From: Methanobacteriota archaeon
GTDB taxonomy: Archaea; Undinarchaeota; Undinarchaeia; Undinarchaeales; Undinarchaeaceae
Direction of reading: 5' to 3'
Length of the DNA: 64,000 bases
Assembly: GCA_002687935.1 (NCBI GenBank)
Contig: NZBN01000002.1
Location: 1-64,000, forward strand
A model generated the notes under the pieces. That model saw only the letters and a list, made by a program, of their open reading frames with translations. It had not been told where the DNA came from and did no database searches. This document shows, one piece after another, positions 45,342 through 55,164 of this stretch. Numbering within the stretch: the stretch's first letter is position 1; each line of letters begins with the position of its first letter. A program made the translations under genes and the position numbers.

Positions 45342-46082
45342 CTAAATAAGTCCTCCGTAGCCTTTTTTCTCAATCTCATCTGCAAGTTCAGGACCGCCGG
45401 TTTTTACAAGTTTTCCATCCTTCATTATAATTATTCTGTCTGGTTTTACATATTCAAGAATTCTCTTGTAATGTGTTATCAAAAGTATAGCTCTTTCTGA
45501 ATTTCTTATCTTGTTTATCCCTTCGGCTACTGCCTTTAGTGCGTCAATGTCAAGTCCTGAATCAGTTTCATCAAGTATTGCCAGATCTGGTTCAAGTACG
45601 GCCATCTGGAGAATTTCTGTGCGTTTTTTCTCCCCTCCTGAGAATCCCTCATTAATATATCGGGAAAGAAATTCTTCATCTATTCCTAGTTCTTCAGCAC
45701 TTTTCTTGAAACTCTCATAAGTTTTCAACAAATCAATTTTCTCATCTTTTCCCTGTCTTGCCTGAACTGCCGCTCTTAGAAAGTTTGCAACTGTGACTCC
45801 TGCAACTGCTGATGGATATTGGAAGGACATGAATATTCCTCTCCTTGCTCGTTTATCAGGTTCAAGCTCTTTCATACTCTCTCCTTTGAAAAGTATATCT
45901 CCTGATTCGATACGGTATTTTGGATTTCCCATTATAGTATTAGCCAGTGTACTCTTCCCCGAGCCATTTGGTCCCATGAGCGCAAGCACTTCCCCTTTCT
46001 TAATCTCTAAATTAAAGGAGTTAATTATTTCCTTTCCTTCTACACTTACACTTAGATTTTTAACATCAAGCAGATTTGTCAT
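45342..46082 (-). CDS. sufC: Fe-S assembly ATPase SufC
   Basis: GPNGSGKS, FQYP, FSGGEKKR, LDETDSGLDIDA. Confidence 0.96.
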   Translation of the reverse strand: MTNLLDVKNLSVSVEGKEIINSFNLEIKKGEVLALMGPNGSGKSTLANTIMGNPKYRIESGDILFKGESMKELEPDKRARRGIFMSFQYPSAVAGVTVANFLRAAVQARQGKDEKIDLLKTYESFKKSAEELGIDEEFLSRYINEGFSGGEKKRTEILQMAVLEPDLAILDETDSGLDIDALKAVAEGINKIRNSERAILLITHYKRILEYVKPDRIIIMKDGKLVKTGGPELADEIEKKGYGGLI

Positions 46083-46449
46083 TTTTTCCTCTTATTGCCG
46101 TTTGTATTGATTCTAGTGGCAGAAGAGCGCATTTCATTCTGACTGGACCTATTTCTATATTCAACATTTTTAAAATATCGTCCTTTCTAATTTTCATAAT
46201 ATCTTCAATGAATATTCCAAGTATTTTCTCTGAAAGCATTGATGCAGCAGCCTTACTTATTGCACAAGCTTCTCCAGTGAATCTGATTTCATCTAGTTTC
46301 TCTTTCTTCATCTTAAGTGTGAATCTTAAGGAGTCCCCGCAGGATAAATTTTCACCAAGATACTCTAGGTCGGGATTTTCAAGCTTACCATAGTTTCTGG
46401 GATTTCTATAATGCTCCATTATATTTTCCCTGTAAAGTGTATTTGTCAT
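46066..46449 (-). CDS. sufU: SufU/IscU-family protein
   Basis: HYRNPRNYG, SCGD, ACAIS, RMKCA. Confidence 0.92.
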   Translation of the reverse strand: MTNTLYRENIMEHYRNPRNYGKLENPDLEYLGENLSCGDSLRFTLKMKKEKLDEIRFTGEACAISKAAASMLSEKILGIFIEDIMKIRKDDILKMLNIEIGPVRMKCALLPLESIQTAIRGKNDKSA

Positions 46450-47669
46450 GAAAAACTATTCTTCGCTCGTTTGAGGGCTTCTATAAATGAGTCAACTTCC
46501 TCCATTGTATTGTAAATATAGAAGCTTGCCCGTGCGGTCGCTTCAATTCCCAGCATTTTCATCAGAGGCTGTGTGCAGTGGTGTCCTGCTCTTAATGCGA
46601 TTCCCTCTTCATTCATCAAGGATGCTATATCATGGGCGTGGATTCCATCAAGAGTAAAAGAAACTATTCCAGTTCTTGATTCCTTAGGTGGACAATATAT
46701 TTTTAATCCATCTAGTTTTTCCAGTTCATCTACAGCGTAATTCGCCAAGCGCATTTCATATGAATGTATTTCCGTCATCCCTATCTTCTCAAGATAATCT
46801 ATTGCTGCGGAAAATCCAATTGCCTGCGCAATTATAGGAGTTCCTGCCTCAAATTTCCATGGAAGTTCGTCCCAGACCGCCTTTTCATATGAAACTTCCT
46901 GTATCATACCCCCTCCTGTAATAAAGGGCTCCATTTCCTTCAAGTGCTCATGTTTCCCATATAACGCTCCTATTCCTGTCGGTCCGAGCATTTTGTGCCC
47001 AGAAAATGCAAAGAAGTCGCAGTCCAGCTCTTTAACATCAACTGGCATGTGAGGTGCGCTCTGTGCCCCATCTACATTTATCAAGGCAGAGTTTTCATGT
47101 GCAAGTTTTCCGAGTTTTTTTATATCGTTAAGTGTTCCGAGTGAGTTTGAAACATGTACAATTGAAACAATTTTTGTTTTATTTCCAATGAGCTCTTCAG
47201 CCTGCTCCATATCCAGAGTTAAGTCTTCATTCATCTCAATAAATTTCAAAGAAGCTCCTGTTTTTCTACATACTTCCTGCCAAGGAATTAAATTGCTATG
47301 GTGTTCCATCCGGCTCATCACAACTTCATCACCTTTCTCCAAATTATGCATTCCCCAGGACTTCGCGACTATATTTAGAGATTCGGTGGTATTTTTTGTG
47401 AATATGAGTTCCTCGATTGAGTTTCCTCCAATGAATTTGATAGCTTTGAGGTGGGCATTCTCATAGAGTTCTGAAGCTTCCTCACTCAGAGTATGGACTC
47501 CTCTGTGAACGTTTGAATTACTTGTTTTGTAAAAATCGCTTATTGCATTTATAACACTGTTTGGTTTTTGTGTACTTGCTGCATTGTCAAGGTACACTAG
47601 AGGCTTCCCATTAATTTTCCTTTGCAGTATCGGAAAATCTTCACGTATCTTACCGATATCAGGAGTCAT
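46446..47669 (-). CDS. sufS: Cysteine desulfurase SufS
   Basis: YLDNAAST, EHHSN, FSGHKM, RAGHHC. Confidence 0.96.
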   Translation of the reverse strand: MTPDIGKIREDFPILQRKINGKPLVYLDNAASTQKPNSVINAISDFYKTSNSNVHRGVHTLSEEASELYENAHLKAIKFIGGNSIEELIFTKNTTESLNIVAKSWGMHNLEKGDEVVMSRMEHHSNLIPWQEVCRKTGASLKFIEMNEDLTLDMEQAEELIGNKTKIVSIVHVSNSLGTLNDIKKLGKLAHENSALINVDGAQSAPHMPVDVKELDCDFFAFSGHKMLGPTGIGALYGKHEHLKEMEPFITGGGMIQEVSYEKAVWDELPWKFEAGTPIIAQAIGFSAAIDYLEKIGMTEIHSYEMRLANYAVDELEKLDGLKIYCPPKESRTGIVSFTLDGIHAHDIASLMNEEGIALRAGHHCTQPLMKMLGIEATARASFYIYNTMEEVDSFIEALKRAKNSFS

Positions 47670-48831
47670 TTATTTCTTCCACCTTCCCACCAATAAGCTT
47701 CCTAATATCTTTTGCGAACTCAGGCTCCATTTTTTGAACAAATGCGTCGAAAAAGCCTCCGACTTGCAGCTTTTTTGCTTCATTTTTACTCAGACCTCTG
47801 GTCATAGAATAAAAAATGGCGTCTTCATCAAGTTGTCCTATTGATGTAGCGTGGCTACATCGGACATCATTGTTATCTATCTCCAAATAGGGTACTGCTG
47901 AAGCTTCAGCTTTTTCGCTCAAGAGTAGTGTTTCTTCTTCTTGAAATCCCTCTGAATTGCTGGCCCCTTCTCTTATTTTAATAAATCCTCTACTTACTGC
48001 CTTTGACTTCCCGTCTAGTGCTCCTATTACATGAAGCTTTGAATTTGTGTTTTTTCCAATGTGTTCAGAGTGCATATGGATGTCATATTTCTGGTCATTT
48101 CGTCCAAAGAACAACCCATATTGTGTTGTGCTCGCTCCACTTTCCTTTAGTTTTGAATTCAGAGTAGTTTTAGCAAATAAAGCTCCTAAATCACAAGTCA
48201 TCCAATTGATATTTGAGTCTCTTTCTACATTTCCTTCAAAAGCAGATATAGACTTGCTCAGCTTTCCCAGATTTTGCATATTACCATAATTTACTTCAGC
48301 GCCTTTCTTGGAGTATATTTGTACTTTCTCTGTTTTCAGTCCTGGGCCTCCAGTATTTCTTTTTATTATTGAGATTTTACTCAGTTCTTCGGCGAGGATA
48401 ATTATGTGTTCTGCTCTAAATTCACTATTATTTGTACTTTCTATTCTCAGTACTTCATCATAATTCACTGAGCCCTCAGTTTTTATAAAAATTCCTTCAC
48501 CCCAAAAAGCCTGGTGCAGAGCATCAGCTTTTGTTTCTGGTTTTTCTGTAAAAAGTTTGTCTTTGAGCCATTTCTCTTTTCTCGCAGCTTCAGCCAGTGT
48601 CATTGCAATCGAAGGACCTATTAGCACTGAGTTTATTTTTTTAGGATTTTTTTCACTTTCTGGAATTTTGAATCTGATATTGGAGTTCATTACTATATCT
48701 GGGCCATATTTGAATGATGGTTCAGGAACAGTTTCAAACATTTCAAGAGCCTCAAGTCTCCTTTTGAGAAGCCATTTTGGCTCTCCTGCGTTCTGGGAGT
48801 TTACTGAAATCTGCTCTATAATTGAATCCAT
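47659..48831 (-). CDS. sufD: Fe-S assembly protein SufD
   Basis: Beta-helix repeats, PYLEI..DVRCSHA, YSMTRGL. Confidence 0.9.
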   Translation of the reverse strand: MDSIIEQISVNSQNAGEPKWLLKRRLEALEMFETVPEPSFKYGPDIVMNSNIRFKIPESEKNPKKINSVLIGPSIAMTLAEAARKEKWLKDKLFTEKPETKADALHQAFWGEGIFIKTEGSVNYDEVLRIESTNNSEFRAEHIIILAEELSKISIIKRNTGGPGLKTEKVQIYSKKGAEVNYGNMQNLGKLSKSISAFEGNVERDSNINWMTCDLGALFAKTTLNSKLKESGASTTQYGLFFGRNDQKYDIHMHSEHIGKNTNSKLHVIGALDGKSKAVSRGFIKIREGASNSEGFQEEETLLLSEKAEASAVPYLEIDNNDVRCSHATSIGQLDEDAIFYSMTRGLSKNEAKKLQVGGFFDAFVQKMEPEFAKDIRKLIGGKVEEINDS

Positions 48832-48832
48832 A

Positions 48833-50227
48833 CTATCCTATAGAATCCTCCATCTCCATCTCTATTAATCGGTTGAGTTCTACAGCGTATTCAAGTGGAA
48901 GTTCCCTGACTATGGGTTCTATAAATCCTGAAACAATCATTTTCTTGGCTTCCTCTTCTGTCAGACCTCTTGACATAAGATAGAATATTTGCTCTGCGCT
49001 TATTTTTCCGACAGTCGCTTCGTGAGCTACATCTACCTTTTCTGTATCAACTTTCATGTAAGGATATGTGTTAGAAACTGAGCTGCCATCCATAAGGAGT
49101 GCATCACACTGGACGCTTGTTTTGCTTCCTTCAGCATTCTTCCCAATTTTTATGTGACCTCTGTAGGAAGATACTCCTCCGTCCTTACTGATACTTTTTG
49201 CTGTAATTGTTGATTTCGTGTTTGGTGCAAGATGATACATCTTACTTCCGGTATCTTGATTCTGATCTTCTCCTGAAAAGGCAATTCCCAGGTAATCTGA
49301 CTTGGCATTTTCTCCAATAAGCAGACTTGATGGATAAAGCATTGTAACACAACTACCCATATTCCCATTTACCCATTCTAAAAGTCCGTTCTTTTCTACA
49401 ATTCCGCGTTTTGTGTTAAGATTGAAGGTGCTCTTGCTCCAATTTTCAACACTGCTGTATCTGCCTCTCGCCCCTTCTAATATATGTATCTCTACTCCGC
49501 CTGCGTGAAGTGAGAAATCATCATATCTTGGAGCTGAACATCCTTCAATATAATGAAAGCTTGAGTTCTTCTCAGCTATTATTAAAGTATGTTCAAATTG
49601 TCCCAGTTTTGCAGCATTCATTCTGAAATAAGCCTGTAATGGCATAGTTACTTTGACATTCTCAGGAACATAAAGAAAAGTCCCCCCACTCCATACCGCT
49701 CCATGGAGTGCCGCAAATTTATGAAGATTTGGCGGAATGCACTTTGTCATAAAATATTTTTTAACCAAGTCAGGGTGTGTTTGAACAGCCTCATCCATAT
49801 CAAGAAAAATAACTCCTTGTTTCTCCCATTCCTCCTTGAGACTGTGATACACTACATCACTTTCATATTGGGCACCGACTCCAGCAAGAACTTTCTGTTC
49901 AGCTTCAGGAATTCCTAGCCTTTCAAATGTTTTTTTGATATCTTCAGGGACATCTTTCCAGTCCTTTGCGTTTTTTTCTGCATCTGGGGAAGCGTAAAAA
50001 CTGATTTTATCTAAGTCCAGTTTTTCAAGACTGGGTCCCCATTTAGGGTATTCTAGTTTATTGAATAATCCAAGAGATTTCAGGCGGTGTTCAAGCATCC
50101 ATTCTGGTTCATTTTTCTCAGAAGAAATTTTTTTAACTACAGTTTCACTGATTCCAGGCTCAGCTTTAAAACGATGCCTCTCCGCATTCTTGTGTCCAAA
50201 AGTATCCCGATTTATATTTTTAGTCAT
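48833..50227 (-). CDS. sufB: Fe-S assembly protein SufB
   Basis: SGGTF, QAYFRMN, QFEHT, EGCSAP, HEATV, YLMSRG. Confidence 0.96.
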   Translation of the reverse strand: MTKNINRDTFGHKNAERHRFKAEPGISETVVKKISSEKNEPEWMLEHRLKSLGLFNKLEYPKWGPSLEKLDLDKISFYASPDAEKNAKDWKDVPEDIKKTFERLGIPEAEQKVLAGVGAQYESDVVYHSLKEEWEKQGVIFLDMDEAVQTHPDLVKKYFMTKCIPPNLHKFAALHGAVWSGGTFLYVPENVKVTMPLQAYFRMNAAKLGQFEHTLIIAEKNSSFHYIEGCSAPRYDDFSLHAGGVEIHILEGARGRYSSVENWSKSTFNLNTKRGIVEKNGLLEWVNGNMGSCVTMLYPSSLLIGENAKSDYLGIAFSGEDQNQDTGSKMYHLAPNTKSTITAKSISKDGGVSSYRGHIKIGKNAEGSKTSVQCDALLMDGSSVSNTYPYMKVDTEKVDVAHEATVGKISAEQIFYLMSRGLTEEEAKKMIVSGFIEPIVRELPLEYAVELNRLIEMEMEDSIG

Positions 50228-50616
50228 TTCACAATCTCTCTCTTTTCAGGGTCTAGGTGGCAGTCAGAACATATATTTTCAGCTTCAGGATCCCGTATTT
50301 TATGCAACTTGCATACAATATCCATCGTTTGCGGTAAATTTATGAGTCTCAGAAGTTCCTGCATAACACTGCTATCTACGTTTGAAATATTTCTTCCTGC
50401 CTTTTCTATTTCCTTCTGTGTTGCCTCAGCAAAACTTACTCGGTTTCCCCGCTTTAAATTTCTGTACTGAGAAATTGCACTAGGAGTAAGTCCCATTAAA
50501 TTCGCTACATCCTTTTGTTTCATTTCCTGCGTTTCGATAAGCTGTATAGCGATTTCTCTCCTCAAAGCAGGCAATATATAATTTGCCTGTATGTCTTGTG
50601 GCAGTAATACTTTCAT
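50224..50616 (-). CDS. HTH transcriptional regulator with C-terminal Cys/His motif
   Basis: YILPALRREIA, MKQKDVANLMGLTPSAISQY HTH, C..H...C..C tail; first gene of the suf operon. Confidence 0.8.
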   Translation of the reverse strand: MKVLLPQDIQANYILPALRREIAIQLIETQEMKQKDVANLMGLTPSAISQYRNLKRGNRVSFAEATQKEIEKAGRNISNVDSSVMQELLRLINLPQTMDIVCKLHKIRDPEAENICSDCHLDPEKREIVK

Positions 50617-50628
50617 ATAATAATTAAG

Positions 50629-50642
50629 TTAACAGCCGTTAA
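50629..50642. promoter_or_regulatory. Palindromic operator candidate
   Basis: TTAAC-AGCC-GTTAA between a TATA-like TTTTATTA and the regulator ATG. Confidence 0.45.
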
Positions 50643-50658
50643 TAAAACTTATTATTCC

Positions 50659-50880
50659 CTAATCTTCCTGAGAAATAGCGTCAACAGGGCAATACTCTAT
50701 TGCATCCTCTATCTGGCCTTTTTTGTATTTTTTCTTTTTAATTACTTCTGCCTTTTCACCCTGTTCAGTCTGAACCATTTTAAAATCAGGATATTCAAAA
50801 TTCACAGTCGGGCAAAGGCAACAACCTATACATTTTTCTTTATCTACGACTGGTTTTTTCTCAGTATATTCTTCACTCAT
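50659..50880 (-). CDS. Monocluster ferredoxin
   Basis: CIGCCLC...CPVDAI; ATG 50880 preferred to track start 50931. Confidence 0.85.
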   Translation of the reverse strand: MSEEYTEKKPVVDKEKCIGCCLCPTVNFEYPDFKMVQTEQGEKAEVIKKKKYKKGQIEDAIEYCPVDAISQED

Positions 50881-50917
50881 ACAGAATAAGTTCTGTAATT
50901 CCTTATAAGTTCTTGCA

Positions 50918-51610
50918 CTAAATCGGTGCAATCGACAATAGATAATTCAAGAAGTCAGAGAGTATGTAATTGTACAATATCCAATTGAACATATATATCA
51001 TGGCAATTTTTATCATAACTTCAGGTACCGGTCTTGCGGTTAAAACAAGTGTTAAAATTACGAAGAATACCATGTAAACTGTAAGGCTCAGGAAGTAGTA
51101 GAATCCAAGGTTTGAAAGAATTCCACGTGTTCCGACTAATTCAAAAATTACCATTACAACGAGTGACCAAATACTCAGATATATCAACTGGGCTATAGCT
51201 ACCTGACTGTCTTTAATCAAAGCGAAATCAATAAGCCTTGGCTTTGAATTTATCCTTATGATTATCGCAGTTGTTACAACAATTATCGCGAGAACCAGCC
51301 AAAGATTGAAGTAAAGCATTAGTCCGAAGAGTATAATGTGCATAAAGGCTATGCCTATCCGGTTTAAAATGGACATTCGTGATAAAAGGAAAATTACTGA
51401 AAGTAACAAAATAGCGTTTATTGCCTCGTTTTCCCCACCAACATTTGCAGTCCAGGCCAGCGTTATTAGTAAAGCAAGAAGAAAAACCATTATAATTGTT
51501 GCAATAAATTTTCCGGGGTTAGGACTTTTTGAAGAGTAGTTTCTCCCCCTTGTTACGGCATCCTTCATACCAAGTCCTCCTTCTAGTGTTGAGGCAAAAT
51601 CTTTCCGCAT
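50918..51610 (-). CDS. Hypothetical multi-pass membrane protein
   Basis: About seven hydrophobic segments, no motif recognised. Confidence 0.6.
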   Translation of the reverse strand: MRKDFASTLEGGLGMKDAVTRGRNYSSKSPNPGKFIATIIMVFLLALLITLAWTANVGGENEAINAILLLSVIFLLSRMSILNRIGIAFMHIILFGLMLYFNLWLVLAIIVVTTAIIIRINSKPRLIDFALIKDSQVAIAQLIYLSIWSLVVMVIFELVGTRGILSNLGFYYFLSLTVYMVFFVILTLVLTARPVPEVMIKIAMIYMFNWILYNYILSDFLNYLLSIAPI

Positions 51611-51630
51611 AGTCCACCACTGTTCTAGTA

Positions 51631-52149
51631 TTATTGCTTTGTCGTTTTATCTATCTTTGTATAGCCAAAATATAGTAAAGAAGCAAGGGCAAGTCCTATG
51701 AGAATCAGCCTGAGGTACTTATTCAGGAATCCCCAATATCTTAGTGTGGTGTAAATAAAGAGGAAAATTCCCCCGCTAAGAATCCCTGAACCAACTGCGT
51801 CAAGACTCGTCAGTAGTATTCCTGCACTAATTGCAAGTATAGCAAATATTCCAAGAACTATGAAGGCCACTCTCGCATGTTTTTCATTTTCTATATTATA
51901 ATCCTCTTCACAAGTTCTATAATCAGGATTGCTGTCAGGGTCAAAATTAAAGTCTCGAGTCTCATTCCTGTCCAAGAGGTCCCAGCAGGTATGTTCTGGA
52001 CTTTCATAGAAAACTTCCATCCCATAGGCAAAGAATATAGTGAATACAAGACCGATACCGATAACGACGAAGAATTTTTTGAATCCCATGTTATACTCTA
52101 GTGGGAAATTTGTATATAAAGCTTTATTTACTTCAAGGTCAATTATCAA
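51631..52149 (-). CDS. Hypothetical membrane protein
   Basis: TM, two-Cys loop, three or four TM; likely start MGFKK downstream of the track start. Confidence 0.65.
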   Translation of the reverse strand: MIIDLEVNKALYTNFPLEYNMGFKKFFVVIGIGLVFTIFFAYGMEVFYESPEHTCWDLLDRNETRDFNFDPDSNPDYRTCEEDYNIENEKHARVAFIVLGIFAILAISAGILLTSLDAVGSGILSGGIFLFIYTTLRYWGFLNKYLRLILIGLALASLLYFGYTKIDKTTKQ

Positions 52150-52152
52150 ACT

Positions 52153-53052
52153 ATGTTCAGCATAACTTTTCTCGGAACAAGCTCAGGCACGCCTACCGTA
52201 GCGAGGGCGCATTCAGCAATCGCTCTCCAGCTGAATGGTGAGATAATCCTGTTTGACTGTGGAGAAGGGACACAAAGGCAGATGATGAAGGCGAAAACAT
52301 CTATGATGAAAGTCCGCAGAATTTTTATTACACACTGGCATGCTGACCATTCTCTTGGTCTTGGAGGTCTTATTCAGACAATGTCCTTGCTCGGAAGGAC
52401 GGAAGCTCTTGAGATATATGGTCCCTGTGGAACGAAAAAATATATGAAAAGCCTTCTGGACGTTGGTCATTTTAATCCAAAATATCAGCTTCGCGTAAAC
52501 GAGCTTAAGGATGGAGGAAAAGTTGAAGGAAAAGGATACAATGTCTTGGCAATAGACGCTAAACATTCTGTTCCTGCGCTAAGTTATCGCATGGATGAGC
52601 CCCAGAAGCCTGGAAAATTTGACAGGAAAAAGGCAGAGTCTTTTGGACTAAAACCACCTCAATTCGGTGAGCTTCAGCGCGGAAATACTCAAAAGGTTGG
52701 AAGAAAAACTATTAAGCCCTCATATGTCATGGGTCCGCTCAGAGAGGGCGCTTCTTTTGTTTATTCAGGGGACACAGCGTATAATGAATCTCTTGTAAAA
52801 TTGTCGAATAAGGCCACAGTCTTGGTCCACGAATCGAGTTTTGCCAATGATAAAAAAGACTTTGCCAAAGAAGTTATGCATTCAACAGCAGAGGATGCTG
52901 CGACTGTTGCAAAGAAGGCAGGAGTTAAAAATCTGGTTCTGACTCACATAAGTCCGCGTTATTTGGAAACAAAGACCCTTCTTAAGGAAGCCAGTAAAAT
53001 TTTCAAAAATACTAGACTTGCAAAGGATTTCGACAAATTAGAATTTAAGTAG
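52153..53052 (+). CDS. rnz: Ribonuclease Z
   Basis: FLGTSSGTP, FDCGEGTQ, THWHADH, exosite GP motif, SGDT, HE, THIS.RY. Confidence 0.96.
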   Translation: MFSITFLGTSSGTPTVARAHSAIALQLNGEIILFDCGEGTQRQMMKAKTSMMKVRRIFITHWHADHSLGLGGLIQTMSLLGRTEALEIYGPCGTKKYMKSLLDVGHFNPKYQLRVNELKDGGKVEGKGYNVLAIDAKHSVPALSYRMDEPQKPGKFDRKKAESFGLKPPQFGELQRGNTQKVGRKTIKPSYVMGPLREGASFVYSGDTAYNESLVKLSNKATVLVHESSFANDKKDFAKEVMHSTAEDAATVAKKAGVKNLVLTHISPRYLETKTLLKEASKIFKNTRLAKDFDKLEFK

Positions 53053-53886
53053 TTAACAGGCCGCCACTATTGTTGCAAATATTGACACGATGTAGGGTGC
53101 AGAATAAGCAAAAATAACTATGACTGGTATTGTCCAGGCTAAAATTGCTTTTACTGTGTCAAAACCCTGTGAAATTTTGCTTGCAAATGTCAGAGGGTAG
53201 AACCACAATATTCCTGCTAGTAAATATGCTATAAATATTACACATGCATTTGGTATTGCAGATACCATTGACATTAGAAATACAATCGGTGCCATTGAAA
53301 CTGCAATTAAATGAGATTGTTTTCGAAAGCTCTTCTTTCCTCCAATTGCCAGAGAGAAGAAATGCAGAATTGCGCTGAATGAAATCCAGATAAGTATAGC
53401 TACAAGTGGGTTGACAAGAATATGTGTAAGTGAGTTCACAGCCCCTGCCTTTCCGAAAATCATGGAAATCCCAATTCCTGAGTTCAGTGGCTCACTTGAC
53501 GCTCCTGTAAAAATTGTGATAATTACACTTATCAAACCTCCAATAATTCCTCCAAAAACACCGGCTATAGCGAGATGTGCGATTGAATTTGGAAATTTTG
53601 CCAGCTTTTTCTGCTTTTCAAATATTGCAGAAGGAGATACGAAAACCCTTACCCATACTGTTAGATAATCAGAAATTCCAAAATCCTTTTCTTTCAGGGG
53701 TTTTTTTATTGTCGCAACTGTCCCCCCTGGTGCCTGTACTGGCTTAGGTTTTTTAATTTCATCTATGGCTGTATCAATTTCTCTTACTTTGTGACCGAAG
53801 CTTACTAGGTGCTGCCTAATATTCTCCTCATCGTGACCTGAACTAATTTGCTTCTTTATATAATCTATCAATTCCTTTTTAGCCAT
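53053..53886 (-). CDS. Yip1-domain membrane protein
   Basis: N-terminal helical ELIDYIKK..G..I..L motif, WVRVFVSP..F, five TM. Confidence 0.7.
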   Translation of the reverse strand: MAKKELIDYIKKQISSGHDEENIRQHLVSFGHKVREIDTAIDEIKKPKPVQAPGGTVATIKKPLKEKDFGISDYLTVWVRVFVSPSAIFEKQKKLAKFPNSIAHLAIAGVFGGIIGGLISVIITIFTGASSEPLNSGIGISMIFGKAGAVNSLTHILVNPLVAILIWISFSAILHFFSLAIGGKKSFRKQSHLIAVSMAPIVFLMSMVSAIPNACVIFIAYLLAGILWFYPLTFASKISQGFDTVKAILAWTIPVIVIFAYSAPYIVSIFATIVAAC

Positions 53887-53995
53887 ACTCTGCCTAAACT
53901 TTTCCCTTATATATCTCTTACTTCTGCTGTGTTCTGTAATGTTTTTATTTTATAATTGGTCAAATATTTAAACTCACTGCCACAGAGCTTAGTTT

Positions 53996-55159
53996 ATGCA
54001 GGAAAATCCTTTTAGTGATTCCGTTCCGTCTCATCTTGCCATAGCGGCGACAGTTTATACAAGAGCTCTTTCAGACCTTGAAAAACTATCTGATACCAAT
54101 AGGTCAAAGCTCTTCCTTGTGATTGGAGACTATGGAAATGGAAAGTCTCATGCGCTTGAAAAACTGAAGAATGATATAAATATCCAAAAAAAGGACAAGC
54201 TTGCAGTTTATACTTCTGCGTTTGCTACGAAAAGCTTGAGACGAATTTATGAGCAGGTTTGTGCTGAACTAATTACAGGTAAAATTGAAAAATTTGAAAA
54301 GGGGGTTGAAGCTCGTCTGGCAATGGTTTCCAAAGGAATTCCATCCAAGATAATTGAAATTTTCTATGAAGGAAACCACTTAAAAAATCTCGATGAAATT
54401 TCAGAAAGTCTCCCCTTTGGAAAAGTTGTAAATTCTTCTGCGGATGCAGTTGATTTCATCTGCGCAATAAGCCTTTTAGTTGGTCAGATGATTCTTCTTA
54501 TAGATGATATTGAAGAAGCAAGTGTTCTTGAGAGAGCTGAACGCAAGGCATTTTTCGGACATATAAGGGCTCTTTATGACCAGTCAGTAAGAAAAGATTT
54601 GAATCTTAGTGTTATTTTGGCAATGACTTACAAAAAAGTTGAACTCCTCGAGGCAGATCGTCCTGATTTACTGGAGAGAACTGACCATTTTATTGACTTC
54701 GTAAAGCCAAGTAAAAAAGAGTTTTTTGAGATGGTCAAACGGCGTCTTGAAGTAAGTGGTCTCGGTAATTATTCTTTTACAGATGATGCACTTGAAACTA
54801 CTTGGGAAAGTCTTCCTTCAATAAGGTCTATGTTTAATCTTCTTCGTGATAGTCTAGACAAGGCAGAAAAGGACGGTGTTGAAGAGATTAAATCTATAGT
54901 TATTCCTCAAAAGAAAAAATCTGAAATGGCAAGCGCCTTACAAAGGTCAGCCTACAAACCGGCAGACGATGAGATTGTTACAGTCCTACAAAAAAAGGAT
55001 GGACTATACGTTGAGGAAATAGTGAGCAGAACTGAAATGAGTGCTTCTTGGATAAGACACAGACTTGCAGATTTGGTACGGGGAAATGTGCTTAGAAAGG
55101 AGCAGGAGGCGAGGAATAAGCCTGCCAAATACTATTTGGTTAAAGGTAAGAGCCGTTAA
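53996..55159 (+). CDS. AAA+/P-loop ATPase with C-terminal winged helix
   Basis: Walker A GDYGNGKS, Walker B LLIDDIEE, LLER, wHTH VEEIVSRTEMSASWIRHRLADL. Confidence 0.75.
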   Translation: MQENPFSDSVPSHLAIAATVYTRALSDLEKLSDTNRSKLFLVIGDYGNGKSHALEKLKNDINIQKKDKLAVYTSAFATKSLRRIYEQVCAELITGKIEKFEKGVEARLAMVSKGIPSKIIEIFYEGNHLKNLDEISESLPFGKVVNSSADAVDFICAISLLVGQMILLIDDIEEASVLERAERKAFFGHIRALYDQSVRKDLNLSVILAMTYKKVELLEADRPDLLERTDHFIDFVKPSKKEFFEMVKRRLEVSGLGNYSFTDDALETTWESLPSIRSMFNLLRDSLDKAEKDGVEEIKSIVIPQKKKSEMASALQRSAYKPADDEIVTVLQKKDGLYVEEIVSRTEMSASWIRHRLADLVRGNVLRKEQEARNKPAKYYLVKGKSR

Positions 55160-55164
55160 ATTAA

